Below, piece after piece: positions 36,296 through 48,222 of a stretch of DNA of 64,000 bases. A program made the position numbers and the translations under genes. The stretch is from the NCBI GenBank assembly GCA_964016885.1, contig OZ024741.1, positions 164,176,001-164,240,000 on the forward strand, written 5' to 3'. A model generated the notes under the pieces. The model saw only the letters and a program-made list of their open reading frames with translations. It was not told where the DNA came from and made no database searches. This DNA comes from Eledone cirrhosa. Taxonomy: Eukaryota. Position 1 is the first letter of the stretch; each line of letters begins with the position of its first letter.

Positions 36296-38819
36296 AGCTG
36301 TCAGAAGTGATAGTAGGCGAAGGTGACGTCATTCGTCAACCTTCTCAATCGTAAACATCGTTTATTTCCGTATTACCACGGGTTATTTTAATAAAGCATA
36401 TCGATGTAAGTGGAGTTACTTAAATGAAAATATAGGTGGCCCTTAAAAGGCCCAAATTAGAAATTAATTAGAAAACAAGTCATGATTATCAAATAAATTT
36501 GATTTAATCATTTATATTTTCAGTCATGGTTATCAATGTAGAAAACAAGTCATTTTCACCAACAGTGGAGTTACTTCTGACAGCTAATACCATGAACTTA
36601 AATGAATTTTCACCAACAGTGGAGTTACTTCTGACAGCTAATACCATGAACTATATTTTCATAGCCATGGTTATCAATGTAGAAAACAAGTCATTTTCAC
36701 CAACAGTGGAGTTACTTCTGACAGCTAATACCATGAACTATATTTTCATAGCCATGGTTATCAATGTAGAAAACAAGTCATTTTCACCAACAGTGGAGTT
36801 ACTTCTGACAGCTAATACCATGAACTATATTTTCATAGCCATGGTTATCAATGTAGAAAACAAGTCATTTTCACCAACAGTGGAGCTACTTCTGACAGCT
36901 AATACCATGAACTTAAATGAATTTTCACCAACAGTGGAGTTACTTCTGACAGCTAATACCATGAACTATATTTTCATAGTCATGGTTATCAATGTAGAAA
37001 ACGAGTCATTTTCACCAACAGTGGAGCTACTTCTGACAGCTAATACCATGAACTATATTTTCATAGCCATGGTTATCAATGTAGAAAACGAGTCATTTTC
37101 ACCAACAGTGGAGTTACTTCTGACAGCTAATACCATGAACTATATTTTCATAGCCATGGTTATCAATGTAGAAAACAAGTCATTTTCACCAACAGTGGAG
37201 TTACTTCTGACAGCTAATACCATGAACTATATTTTCATAGCCATGGTTATCAATGTAGAAAACAAGTCATTTTCACCAACAGTGGAGCTACTTCTGACAG
37301 CTAATACCATGAACTTAAATGAATTTTCACCAACAGTGGAGTTACTTCTGACAGCTAATACCATGAACTATATTTTCATAGTCATGGTTATCAATGTAGA
37401 AAACGAGTCATTTTCACCAACAGTGGAGCTACTTCTGACAGCTAATACCATGAACTATATTTTCATAGCCATGGTTATCAATGTAGAAAACGAGTCATTT
37501 TCACCAACAGTGGAGTTACTTCTGACAGCTAATACCATGAACTATATTTTCATAGCCATGGTTATCAATATAGAAAACAAGTCATTTTCACCAACAGTGG
37601 AGTTAACTTAAATGAAAATATAGGTGGCCCTTAAAAGGGCCAAATTAGAAAACAAATATATGGTTATCAAATTTTTTTCACCAACCCTATACATTTATGA
37701 AGAAATGTTTAGAAAACAAATTTGTTTCACCAACCTTATTCAAAAGCATGGATACAGTCCACATGGAGACAAGAGACAGTCCCCATGGAGACAATCATCA
37801 CCAACACCACCAACACCAAGTGTAAATAAATAAACTTTAATCTTCACTTTGTGATAATACACGCATTTGCAAGTTGAAAAATATGAATTCTACAATATAC
37901 CCAAGTGTTAATGGGATTAACCATCGCGATCTTTCCATCGCCACCGTTACTACAGCAGATACCATCAATTGGTTGAAAAGTCATGGACTTCTGAATACAC
38001 AAAAGGTCTGCTCTTCATGTGGTGAACGCATGTTGGAAGTAGCGAAAAAAAATGTGTCAGATGGGATTATCTGGTCATGTGGAAGACCATGGAGAAAATA
38101 GGTGTCGATTAGAATAGGCACATTTCTATAAAATAGTAATTTGAAGTGTGAACAAATAGTTGATATATTGTATTATTGGGCAAAAGAAGATTTAGCCAAG
38201 AAGATTTCACAGGAATGTCGTATCGCGAATGTGGCCGTAACAGATTGGCGAAATGTTTGCCTTGATGTATGTGCAGAGTATTATATGGCACAAAACATTA
38301 AGCTTGGCGGGCATACCGAATTGTCGAGATTGACGAAAGCGCCTTCGTGAGAAGGAAATACCATGTTGGCCATCTGGTGAAAACACAGTGGGTTTTTGGT
38401 GCTTTGGAAAGAGGTACCAGAAGATGTTTTTTAGTAACAGTAGAAGACCGGACAGCAGAGACACTTTTAGCCGTTATACAGGATCGTATATTGCCTGGCA
38501 CAACTATAATACGATCGATCAGCTAGGCTATCAACATTTGACTGTGAACCATTCCATCAATTTTGTTGATCCTGTAACATTTGCCACAACGAATCACATA
38601 GAATGCTTGTGGAAACATGTAAAGAATAGGAATAAAATGGAAAACGGAACAGCCAGAAACTTGCTTCAAACCCATCTAATTGAATTCATGTGGCGGTATG
38701 AATTTAAAGGTGAAATTTCCCAAAAGTTATTAGAACATATTCGTCATCTGTATCCATAAGAATAAGGTTGGTGAAAAAAATGTTTCTAAACATTTCTTCA
38801 TAAATGGTGAAAAAAATTT
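36296..38819 (+). mobile_element. Merlin (IS1595/ISXO2-like DDE) DNA transposon, transposase pseudogene at 37874-38759
   Basis: CSSC..M....DG..W.C, VEIDESAF..RKYHVG...QWVFG, HLTVNHSINFVDP...TNHIECLW...HLIEFMWR; ORF flanked by inverted repeats 37672-37741 / 38760-38818. Confidence 0.88.
36526..37605. repeat. Minisatellite of 87-bp and 54-bp units (13 full units + 1 partial)
   Basis: ttttcaccaacagtggagttacttctgacagctaataccatgaact repeated; both unit lengths are multiples of 3, giving a 361-aa repetitive ORF. Confidence 0.95.
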
Positions 38820-39212
38820 GACACTACAACGCTATTAGCTGTCAGTCCAGTGGAAAACAGGCGGTGACGTCACTCGTCAACATCGTTTATTTCCGTATTA
38901 CTACCACGCGTAAGTGGAGTTTTCACGCGTTTTTCTTTTTTTTAGAGAGAGAGGGAAGAGGAGAGATAGGGGAGAGAGAGAGGGAAGACTTAAAAGGGCT
39001 AAATTAGAAAACAAATAGAAAACAAGTCTTGGTTATAAAGCATATCGATGTAAGTGGAGTTACTTAAATGAAAATATAGGTGGCCCTTAAAAGGGCCAAA
39101 TTAGAAAACAAGTCATGGTTATCAATGTAGAAAACAAGTCATTCATAAATTTAAGTTTTATAATCAAATTTTTTTCACCAACAAATATGACAGCTAATAG
39201 CGTTGTAGTGCC
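38820..39212. mobile_element. Non-autonomous Merlin derivative with ~25-bp TIRs
   Basis: gacactacaacgctattagctgtca ... tgacagctaatagcgttgtagtgcc; interior matches 36296-36545. Confidence 0.8.
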
Positions 39213-39247
39213 CGCAATTCTGTATCTTTACGTATATTGCGCATAGA

Positions 39248-39480
39248 TACGAGGGTTGACAAAGATACTCTCATGGAATGTGACCAAATGAGGTTTATTT
39301 TTCAACATAGTCTCCCTTGCGTTCCACACACTTCTTCCATCGGTGTTGCAGTACTGAGATCAATGTTTTTCTCGGTAGTGGCAGTTGTAGGACGTCCAGA
39401 CATTGGGTGATCTTCAAGAATCCCCTATCCTTTCCTAAATTCGGCTGCCCACTTTTGCACAAAGGAAAATTGTGGTACAA
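39248..39480 (-). mobile_element. Mariner remnant
   Basis: C-terminal RWKKCVERKGDYVEK* and TA-CGAGGG terminus. Confidence 0.75.
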
Positions 39481-40227
39481 TATTGTAAGGTCTGCTTATA
39501 GCATTATTCATCTTTCAAAAATGAAGGTCCACATTTCCTCGACTTCAATACATTTGATTACATTTTATTGTATTGTAAACATTAACTTTTATAGAAATTT
39601 TATTACAAAATTTCAATTTAGTTCGATTTTTGGGAATTTATTTAACAAACATGGAAAAATAAGAAAAAGAATAAAAGAAAAAATAATTTGATTGCCTTTA
39701 ATAAAGAAGATAAATAGAGTGGAACTGATTTCCGGGTCATACTAATGAAACAAGGTTTTTTTCCATTACTGATATTATCTGTCTGCCGCAAGTCCTGGTA
39801 GAAGATGCTACACGAACTAAAGTATTTTACTGAAGGACGCAACATGCAGCAGGATCGAAGAAACGAGCCCATGACTTTATAATGGTTAGTCCAGTACCGT
39901 AACCCCTAAGGCATGTGCCTTCACAGAGGAAAGGTAAATCATATTATAACAGATTAGATGGGTACTATGTTAGATGTGACTATGTGTCATATTATACCAA
40001 AGAGGAAGTGTGCTGTATAATAAACATTGATATCAGGTTGATTCAATAACTACCTGGTCCCAAATATGAACCCATGAGCTTATGGTCGTCAGTCAAACAC
40101 TTTAACCATTGTATGTATGTATGTATACACGTATGGATGGATGTATGTGTGTATACATGTATGGATGGATGGATGTATGCATGTATGTATGTATACATGT
40201 ATATATGTAAGTATGTATGCCTGTATG

Positions 40228-42645
40228 AGAACAACTGGAAGGACTTCAGGAGCTCGGTCTATGAGGCTTCAGCAGAGGTCCTTGGCTTTGTCACAAGAAA
40301 ACAAGGACTGGTTTGATGAGAATGACCAGGAGGTCAAGGCTCTGCTAGACAGAAAACAAAAGGCACTTGATGCAGTTCTTAAAGGCGGTATCTCTGTTGG
40401 TGACAATTATGAGCGTTACAGACAGGTAAAGAAGGAAGTGCAGGTGAAACTCAGGGCTATGCAAAATACCTGGTGGAGCAACAAAGCAGATGAAGTTCAA
40501 GTGGCATCTGACGGCAACAATTTGAAACTGCCGCACTTTCTACTCACAGAGGTGTATGGCCCTTTCAGCTCTCCAGTGGCCCCTTTGAGATCGAAAGATG
40601 GCAAGCAATTACTGCGTGACACAAACGACACTTGACAAATAGGGAGATCACTTTGATGAGCTCTTAAACCAGGTTGATGATGATTTCATTTGTTCCATTC
40701 CTATTGAACCAGTGAAGCATATGAGATGGCTAATGTATCTTCTCTTGCAGAGGGGACTTCTGTTGTGCATAAGCTGAACTGTGGTAAGTCTCCTGGTATG
40801 GATGGTCTGAGTGGAGCGGTTTTGAAGTGTGGTGGTGAAAACTTAACGCAGCGCCTCACTGACCTCATGAAAATGGTGTGGGAAGATGAGAATGTCCCAC
40901 AAGAAGGATGCGCTCATGGTGATTCTCCATAAAGGAAAGGACAGCAAAGACAAATGTGGCAATTATCATGTCATATCCCTTCTTTCAGTAGTTGGTAAAG
41001 TCGTGTCGAATATTGATGGATAGATTGATCCCAAGAGTTGCTCTGAATGTGTTGCCTGAGTCGCAGTGTGGGTTCAGAAACGAAGGAGGAACAGTGGATA
41101 TGATCATTTCTGCTCGGCAGCTGCAAGAAAAGTGTATCCAACAATGTATGGAACTTTACCAGGTCTTTGTTGACTTGACAAAGGCCTTTGTGGAATTGAC
41201 TGTCAATCGAACTGCATTGTGGGAAAAAAATCCAAGGTAGGGTAGAAGATTCTGCATCTTTTCCATGATGACATGAAGGCTTTGGTCAGTATTGGTGGTA
41301 GCATCTCTGAACCAATATCAGTTGAAAATGGAGTGAAGCAGGGGGACATTCCGGCTCCAACTCTGTTTTCCTTATATTTTACGATAGTGTTTCTCATGGG
41401 GTTTACATCAGGTATCGCACTTCAGGAAGGTTGTTCAACACCAGGTGCTTTGGTACAAGCACAAAAGTATTAACATCTATAATCCGAGAGTTTTTGTATG
41501 CAGATGACTACGATCTTTTGCACACTCACAAAGTGACATGCAGCATATTATGAACTCTTTTTCTGCAGCTTGCAGCACTTTGGGCGTCACAATAAGCTTG
41601 GAAAAGACTGTTGTGATGTATCAGCCAGTACATGGAAACAAGTACACTGCACCAAGTGTGTACGTGTACGGAAAGAGGCTAAAAGTTGCTGACAAGTTTG
41701 TTTACCTTGGTAGTACGTTGAACACTTCATGCACACATGATAATGAAATATCCTTAAGAATCAAGAAAGCCAGTGATGCTTTTGGACGGCTGCATCAACG
41801 TTTATGGTCCAGACGAGGTATCACTATCGAAACCAAGGTGAAAGTGTATTTGACTTGTGTCGTCTCCTCTTTACTTTATGTTTGTGAAACGTGGGTCATA
41901 TACAGAAAGCACCTCAAGGATCTGGAGAGATTTCACCAACAATCTCTTCATAAGTTACTTGGGGTGTGGTGGAAAATGTTCGCCAGTGATTTGGAAGTTC
42001 TAGAACGGAGCAGGTGCGTGACTATAGAGAGCATAATCTTTCGGTATCGGTTGAGGTGGTGCAGTCACGTGGTCCGGATGTCTGATGATCGTATTCCAAA
42101 GCAACTTCTCCATGGAGTACTGTGTGAAGGAAGGTGACCACCACACAAACCAAAAAGGCGGTACCGAGACTGTATCAGGGGCACCTTGGCTTGTGCTGGA
42201 ATTTCATCTGACAAATGGGAGAAAATGGCTGACGAGCGTGTGAAGTGAAGACGTTTGATCCAGTCAGGTGGTGAACACTTTGAAACTCGTCGGAGAGAAC
42301 ACCTAACACTGAAAAGGAAGGTGGGGATTGAGACTGTTCTGAACTGTCTGCTGTTGAACATCATCTGGTTTGCCAGCACTGTGGTCGAGTCAGCCTAAGC
42401 AAAGCTGGTTTGATTAGACATGAACAAAGTCATATCAGTAGACCTCATGTAGATCTGAAAAGGTGTAAGAAATGTACAAGCATGGGAGGTCTTAAAAGAT
42501 ACATGTGAACATACAGCCAGAACAAAGCAATGGAAGGTTTCGGGGGAGCCTAAAGTTTGGCTGGTTTAAAGAGTCACATTTGTGCTTCACATTTTTGAAC
42601 ATTTTATCGGGCGATGGCAATACTTGAACACGAGTTTGCAGCAAT
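40228..42645 (+). mobile_element. RTE (BovB-like) LINE, 5'-truncated
   Basis: DWFDEND, GKSPGMDG, LPESQCGFR, FVDLTKAF, GVKQG...PTLFSLY, FVYLGS, RLRW.SHVVRM.D.RIPKQLL, C2H2 remnants. Confidence 0.9.
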
Positions 42646-43169
42646 ATGTAGTATGTATGTCGGGTCACTCTTGACTGCTATTGGTAACATGTAACCCAGT
42701 ACAACCTGTCGCAAGTTTACTTGGTGAGCAGGGTGATTTTGGACACCCTGCAGGACAAAAATCAAAACCTGTCAAAGGGCGGAAGATCTCATAAGAGTCA
42801 ACGGCCATCCAAAAGTGTGTAAATATGTATATACACATGTACATATGTATGTATATGTATATATACAGCCTTTGTCAGGGCATTCTTCTAGGAGAAGGCA
42901 AATCAGGAAACTGGGATAACTCCGATATAAAACCTGCGGCTCAGTAGTTACCGATGATGTTGATATTTTCTTCTTTTCGGGTTATAGCTACTGTCGCTCA
43001 GAGAGTGGGATTGGCTCAGTGCAGTCTTTCCTCATATAAAAAATATGTTCATGCACAGGCATTGCACGATAGAACTAATTAATAATTATTAATAATGGTA
43101 TATTGTGCAATGGCCATACTCGATAACGAGGGGGCAGCCATCATGTATGCGTGTTTGAGTGTGTGCGTG

Positions 43170-43202
<33 letters not shown>

Positions 43203-43329
43203 GTGCATGTGTATATATATATCTCCATATACATATTTATTCAGCTGATATAGGCTGGATTGGTTGGAATATTCTGACGCGAATTCTTTCTGCTCTGTTA
43301 AATCGAAACAAATCTTGACTTTTTATTTG

Positions 43330-43980
43330 AGGTTTTCTATATAAGAGACCGGGAGACCATGTTGATACTATGAAGGCCATTTGTCCTAAGTAGCCTGGAC
43401 TATTGCTCCCAGCTGTGGTCACCCCATAGTATCAAACTAACCACGGAACTTGAGACAATCCAACGAAGCTACACCAAGAGGATTGCACGATGAAGGAGAT
43501 GAGCTACTGGCAGAGGCTAAAAGAACTGAAACTCTACTACTTGGAATGAAGACGTGAGAGATACGCAGGGATATACATATGGAAAATCCTGGAGGGACTA
43601 GCGCCAAACTTTGGTATTGAGAGCGGGACCAACCCCCGAACAGGACGCCATTGTGTGGTGACAAAGGTCCCGTCTTCCACATCTAGAACAAGAAGCAGAT
43701 ATTGCAATAGACTGGGGTTCAAAGGCCCTCAACTCTTCAACAAACTGCCGAGGGATTTGAGAGATCTACATGGTGTGGCTGTGGATATTTTCAAGAAACT
43801 TCTCGACACCCTGTTATCCAGGATCCCGGATGAGCCCACATCACGGTACGAAGGTAACCTAAGGGCAGCAGCAACGAACTCCCTCTTACATCAATGGCCA
43901 GCCAACACAGGCTTGAGATAGAATGTGTAGCAACAAGGGCAGTCCCTAATCATGGTCTCAGCCGGATGGAACAGCTAAAA
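43330..43980 (+). mobile_element. CR1/L2-group LINE 3' fragment; second copy on minus at ~45912-46245
   Basis: LDYCSQLWSP, IQRSYTKRI, MSYWQRLKELKLY.LE.RRER, GPQLFNKLP, LDTLLSRIPDEP. Confidence 0.85.
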
Positions 43981-44009
43981 GAGTATATATATATATTTAA
44001 TATAGAAAT

Positions 44010-44061
44010 GGCTTCAACAGGACTAGAACTGTTTCATTCGGAGGAAATCATCAGAAAAGCC
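44010..44061 (-). ncRNA. Probable type I hammerhead ribozyme, solo
   Basis: ggctttt CTGATGA tttcctccgaat GAAA cag-ttctagtc-ctg TT gaagcc; stem I needs one bulge, stem II is short. Confidence 0.55.
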
Positions 44062-44179
44062 GACTGTCAATGTAATATGGTGGTATTTATACATTTTCTG
44101 GTGGTAGGGGAGGGTAGTAAATTGATGCTAAGTAGACAAACACATACACACTGACAGGCACTCCTAATTTTCAAGATTC

Positions 44180-44797
44180 ATTTATTCCAAACAAACAATT
44201 AGGGTTCACCGGTGGCACAAACCCCTGCTGAAAATGTTTTCCCTTCGATTAATATGCAATTTAAACCATAGGTAAATGACAAGATATTCACATCATTTCA
44301 GCAAATTTCAATAAAATTACAATACCCTAATGGGGGTTAAACCCCCTATTAGGGTTCACCAGGGGGCACAAAATTCCCGCTGAAAGTTTTTTCGGTTCGA
44401 TTTATATGCAATTTAAACCATAGATAAATGAAGAGATATGATGCCTATTCACAAAATGTCTATACTATAAGACACGTTAATGGTGGTTAAACCCCCTATT
44501 AGGGTTCCCCGGGGGTACAAACCCCCACTGAAAACTTTTCCCTTTCGATTTATATGAAACTTAAACCATAGGTAAATGACAAGATATGATGCCTATTCAC
44601 AAAAGTTTTCAATTGATATTTTGAAAAAAATTGTTTACAATACAAAAAATGATGTTTTCCAATTTTTCATGCATTATATTTTACATTGAGTAATATTGAG
44701 TTTTTCTCCATAAATTATATCACTGATTTAAAATCAATCATCATTTTCTTACAAAAAAAATGTGTGAAACGCAGCAAGGTGCTGGTAATTCGGCTAG
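44180..44797 (+). mobile_element. Non-autonomous Helitron-like element with three ~150-bp internal repeats
   Basis: ttagggttc...ttaaaccatag units at ~44200, 44350, 44500; 3' cagc-aaggt-gctg hairpin followed by CTAG. Confidence 0.65.
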
Positions 44798-44834
44798 TAT
44801 ATATATATATGTGAGTGTGTGTATATATATATGT

Positions 44835-45405
44835 GTGTGTGCTCATTATGTAGGAGAGGTGTAGGTAGAAACTCCATCCTCTGCCCCATATGCAAACTAT
44901 GGGTACACAAGAGATGTAGTGGGATCTCAGGAAGTTTAGTTAAGAATGTAGGCTCTACATGTAGCAGTTGCACCAGGACAGTAAGCAGGACAATCACTGA
45001 AAACAAGTGACATCAAAGTCTGGGAGGACTTGGTAAAAACAATACCGAATTAGCAGCGGGGGGGTTCTGAAAGAACGGGATGGAAGAAGTTGAGGGAGCT
45101 ACTGCCACAGCTGGATACAAAAGGCTTTTCCCTCAGAATAAAAGGTAGACTGTATGATGTGTGCATATGAACGGCAATGTTGCATGGTAGTGAGAGCTGG
45201 GCACTGTGTGTAGTAGACTTGCGTAGATTAGAAAGGAATGAGCTTGTATGCTCCGATGGATGTGTAATAGTAATATACGCGAACAGCAAAGCATAAACAA
45301 ACTGAAAGAGAAACTAGGCATAAGAGGAATCAAATGTTGTGTGCAGGAGAGGAGATTATGTTGGTATGGACATGTGATTCGTATGAAGGATGACAGCTAC
45401 ATAAA
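44835..45405 (+). mobile_element. RTE LINE internal fragment
   Basis: CSLCRRGVGRNSILCPICKLWVHKRCSGI, GWKKLRELLP, MLHGSESW, WYGHVIRM. Confidence 0.85.
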
Positions 45406-46249
45406 GTCCCAGAAAGACTTGAGATGAAGTGATAAAAGCCGACCTTGCCCAATTGCACCTCTGAAAGGCAATGACACAGGACCAAGATCTCTGGTGTTGT
45501 GAGGTAATACAGAAACCCCAACTTCCCACGGGCCCAGGCTAAGGCTGAAACATACATACAGTATGCACCACACCATCCCACCCGCCAATATATCTTTCAT
45601 GAGAACAGGCCGAAACACTGTAAAGTGGTCGTGATGGTGACACGGTAAAAAACACCCAGTCCACACTGTAAAGTAGTCGTGGAGGAATCACAACAAAAAA
45701 CACCCAGTACTCACTGTAAATGAGCTTGGCATTAGGAAGGGCACCCAGCTGTAGAAACCAAGCCAAAATCAGTTCTTTATGAGCAAGACATGGTCACCTG
45801 ACCTAACATTGCCAACAATAGAAGGCACATGGCTCAGTGGTTAGAGCATTGGGCTTGCAATTGAAAGGTTGTGAGTTTAATTCTCGGACCAAATTTAAAT
45901 TTTGAAAACCAAGTTGAGGGCCTTTGAACCCCAGGCTATTGCAATAGCTGCTCCTGATTCTAGATGTGGAAGACGGGACCTTTGGTACCACACAGTGACG
46001 TCCTGTTCGAGAATTGGTCCAGCTCTCGATGCGAAAGTTTGGTCTTAGTCCCCCCCAGGATCTTCCATATGTATATCATTGCATATCTCTCCTGTCTTCA
46101 TTCCGAGGAGTAGAGTTTCAGTTCTTTTAGACTCTCCCAGTAGTTTATTTCCTTCATCGTGGAAACCTTCTTGGTGTAACTTCATTGGATTGCTTCAAGC
46201 TCCATGGTTAGTTTGATACTATGGGGGTGACCACAGCTGGGAGCATTCA

Positions 46250-46607
46250 TCATTTCATTTTACGTCCACTTTTTCCCTGCTTGCAAGGGTGGGACGGGAA
46301 CTGATTCTGGCTTGATTTCTACAGCTGGATGCCCTTCCTAACACCAACCTCAGTTACAGTGAGTGCTGGGTGCTTTTTTCCCGTGGCACCGCCACATCCA
46401 CTTTACAGTGTGTGCTGGGTGCTTTTTTGCCGTGGCACCTCCACGACCACTTTGCAGTGGAATGATAGGGACCCCAGTCCTATCATCTCATTTCTACAGC
46501 TGAGTAAACTGGAGCATGTGAAATACAGTGTTTTGCTCAAGGAAACAACACATCACCCGGTGTGAGAATTGAACTCACAACCTTTCGATTGCAAGGCCAA
46601 TGCTCTC
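46250..46607 (-). mobile_element. tRNA-derived SINE family B with RTE tail (also 53513-53845 and 61015-61350; head only at 45821-45890 +)
   Basis: Head ggaggcacatggcttagtggttagagcattggccttgcaatcgaaaggttgtgagttcaattc (A and B boxes), ccttgagcaa core, tail cccttgcaagcagggaaaagtggacgtaaaatga. Confidence 0.85.
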
Positions 46608-46609
46608 AA

Positions 46610-46820
46610 TATGTATATATATATATACACATATATATAAACTAATATATACACACACACATATATAAACTAATATACACACACACACATATATAAACTA
46701 ATATACACACACACACACACACACATATAAACTAATATACACACACACACACACACACATACAAACTAATATACACACACACACACATATAAACTAATAT
46801 ACACACACACACATAAACTA

Positions 46821-46851
<31 letters not shown>

Positions 46852-46912
46852 TACACACACACACACACAAACTAATACACACACACACACACACAAACTA
46901 ATACACACACAC

Positions 46913-46955
<43 letters not shown>
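46610..46955. repeat. Compound microsatellite (aactaatata + (CA)n units, then (TA)n)
   Basis: Directly visible. Confidence 0.9.
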
Positions 46956-46959
<4 letters not shown>

Positions 46960-47032
46960 GACGTAAAATAAGAAAATATTTTTTTTTTTTTTTTTTTAAT
47001 TTTAAAAAAATTTTTTACTTACTTAAATTTTC

Positions 47033-47114
47033 ACTCCAACTAATTAGTTTCTGCAATGGGATAAAGACAGTTACGTAATCCAACTGTCGAGAATTCATTG
47101 CGTCATCAGGGAGT
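47033..47114 (-). ncRNA. Type I hammerhead ribozyme
   Basis: actcc CTGATGA c-gcaatg...gacagtt/aactgtc...cattgc-a GAAA ctaattag TT ggagt. Confidence 0.85.
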
Positions 47115-47592
47115 CTATTCTCAGTTAAGTCTCCAGGCAATGCGCGGACACTGGCGGCTCATATAAAAATAATAATAATTCGGTAGATCGAACAGCTTGC
47201 GAGGACTGGATTCTATGTACCGAAATTCTCACTGCTTCAAGTCAAATGGCCGATTCTAAAGAATCAATCACGTGACACAGAGGCTAGTTAGAAGGAATGG
47301 GATGGTAAGATGACTGACGCCTACTAACACCCCAAAAAAAATTTTTTTAGAAGTGCTTTTGACAAGTTTGCGCGACAAATCAGTGATTTGGAGATAAATA
47401 TAGATAATTTAATATATCAACTAACATAAGCGCACAGATGCACGCCCATGCCAGCAAATACACAGGTTATGTCATAGTACCTAGGTGGTTCAATGCAGGA
47501 GAATGCAGAACAATAATATAAAGGACGTAAAATAAGAAAATATTTTTTTTTTAAAAAAATTTTAAAAAAATTTTTTACTTACTTAAATTTTC

Positions 47593-47674
47593 ACTCCAAC
47601 TAATTAGTTTCTGCAATGGGATAAAGACAGTTACGTAATCCAACTGTCGAGAATTCATTGCGTCATCAGGGAGT
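47593..47674 (-). ncRNA. Type I hammerhead ribozyme (identical to 47033-47114)
   Basis: Same sequence offset by 560 nt. Confidence 0.85.
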
Positions 47675-47808
47675 CTATTCTCAGTTAAGTCTCCAGGCAA
47701 TATATATATATATATATATAATGTAGGAGGTGAGTTTTATTGTAGTACAATAAAGCAATGCAGATATCGGATAAGAAGCACTCTACAGTTTGTGGGACTG
47801 GAGTATGC

Positions 47809-48034
47809 ATAATATAAGATCAAAAGATGGTTAAAGGAGTTCCATTTATTTTATTATGCGCATTTCAAAAACAAATGTTGATTTAAAACTGCACTATCAA
47901 CAAGTGTTTTTTAGCCTTCATATCATGTTCTCCTGTTTTATCTGATGAAAACACAAATATTATTGTTTGATGATGTTTGTTTTTGAAATGCGCATAATAA
48001 AATATATGGAACTCCTTTAACCATCTTTTGATCT

Positions 48035-48042
<8 letters not shown>
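47809..48042 (+). mobile_element. Small fold-back PLE-derived element with ~65-bp inverted ends
   Basis: aatataagatcaaaagatggttaaaggagttccat...aaacaaa mirrored at the right end; homologous to 17197-17335. Confidence 0.85.
47935..48003 (+). ncRNA. Type I hammerhead ribozyme
   Basis: gttttat CTGATGA aaacacaaatattat-tgtttg-atgatgtttgttttt GAAA tgcgca TA ataaaat. Confidence 0.85.
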
Positions 48043-48072
<30 letters not shown>

Positions 48073-48222
48073 ATAATTGTTTCTACTTTAGGCACAAGGC
48101 CAGCAATTACCCAGTACATTACTGGTACTTTATTTTATCGACCCCGTAAGGATGAAAGGCAAAGTTAACCTCGGCGGGATTTGAACTCAGACTGTAAAGG
48201 GACGTAACTATGCTAGAAAGCA

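Larger units (their letters stand above)
46956..47701 (-). mobile_element. Retrozyme-like element: two ~185-bp direct repeats, each with a hammerhead, around a ~380-bp non-coding core
   Basis: aaggacgtaaaataag...ctccaggcaat at 46956-47141 and 47520-47701; (TA)n on both sides. Confidence 0.85.

Noticed and set aside
36526-37611. CRISPR-like array or 361-aa repeat protein gene
   Set aside because: No unique spacers and no cas genes; eukaryotic context. The ORF follows from unit lengths divisible by 3 inside a Merlin element.
37874-38759. Bacterial IS1595 contamination or horizontal transfer
   Set aside because: Merlin is the established eukaryotic relative of IS1595; this copy is degraded and interleaved with host SINEs.
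45821-45890. tRNA-Cys gene
   Set aside because: No proper acceptor stem; it is the head of SINE family B, and other copies continue into a SINE body and RTE tail.
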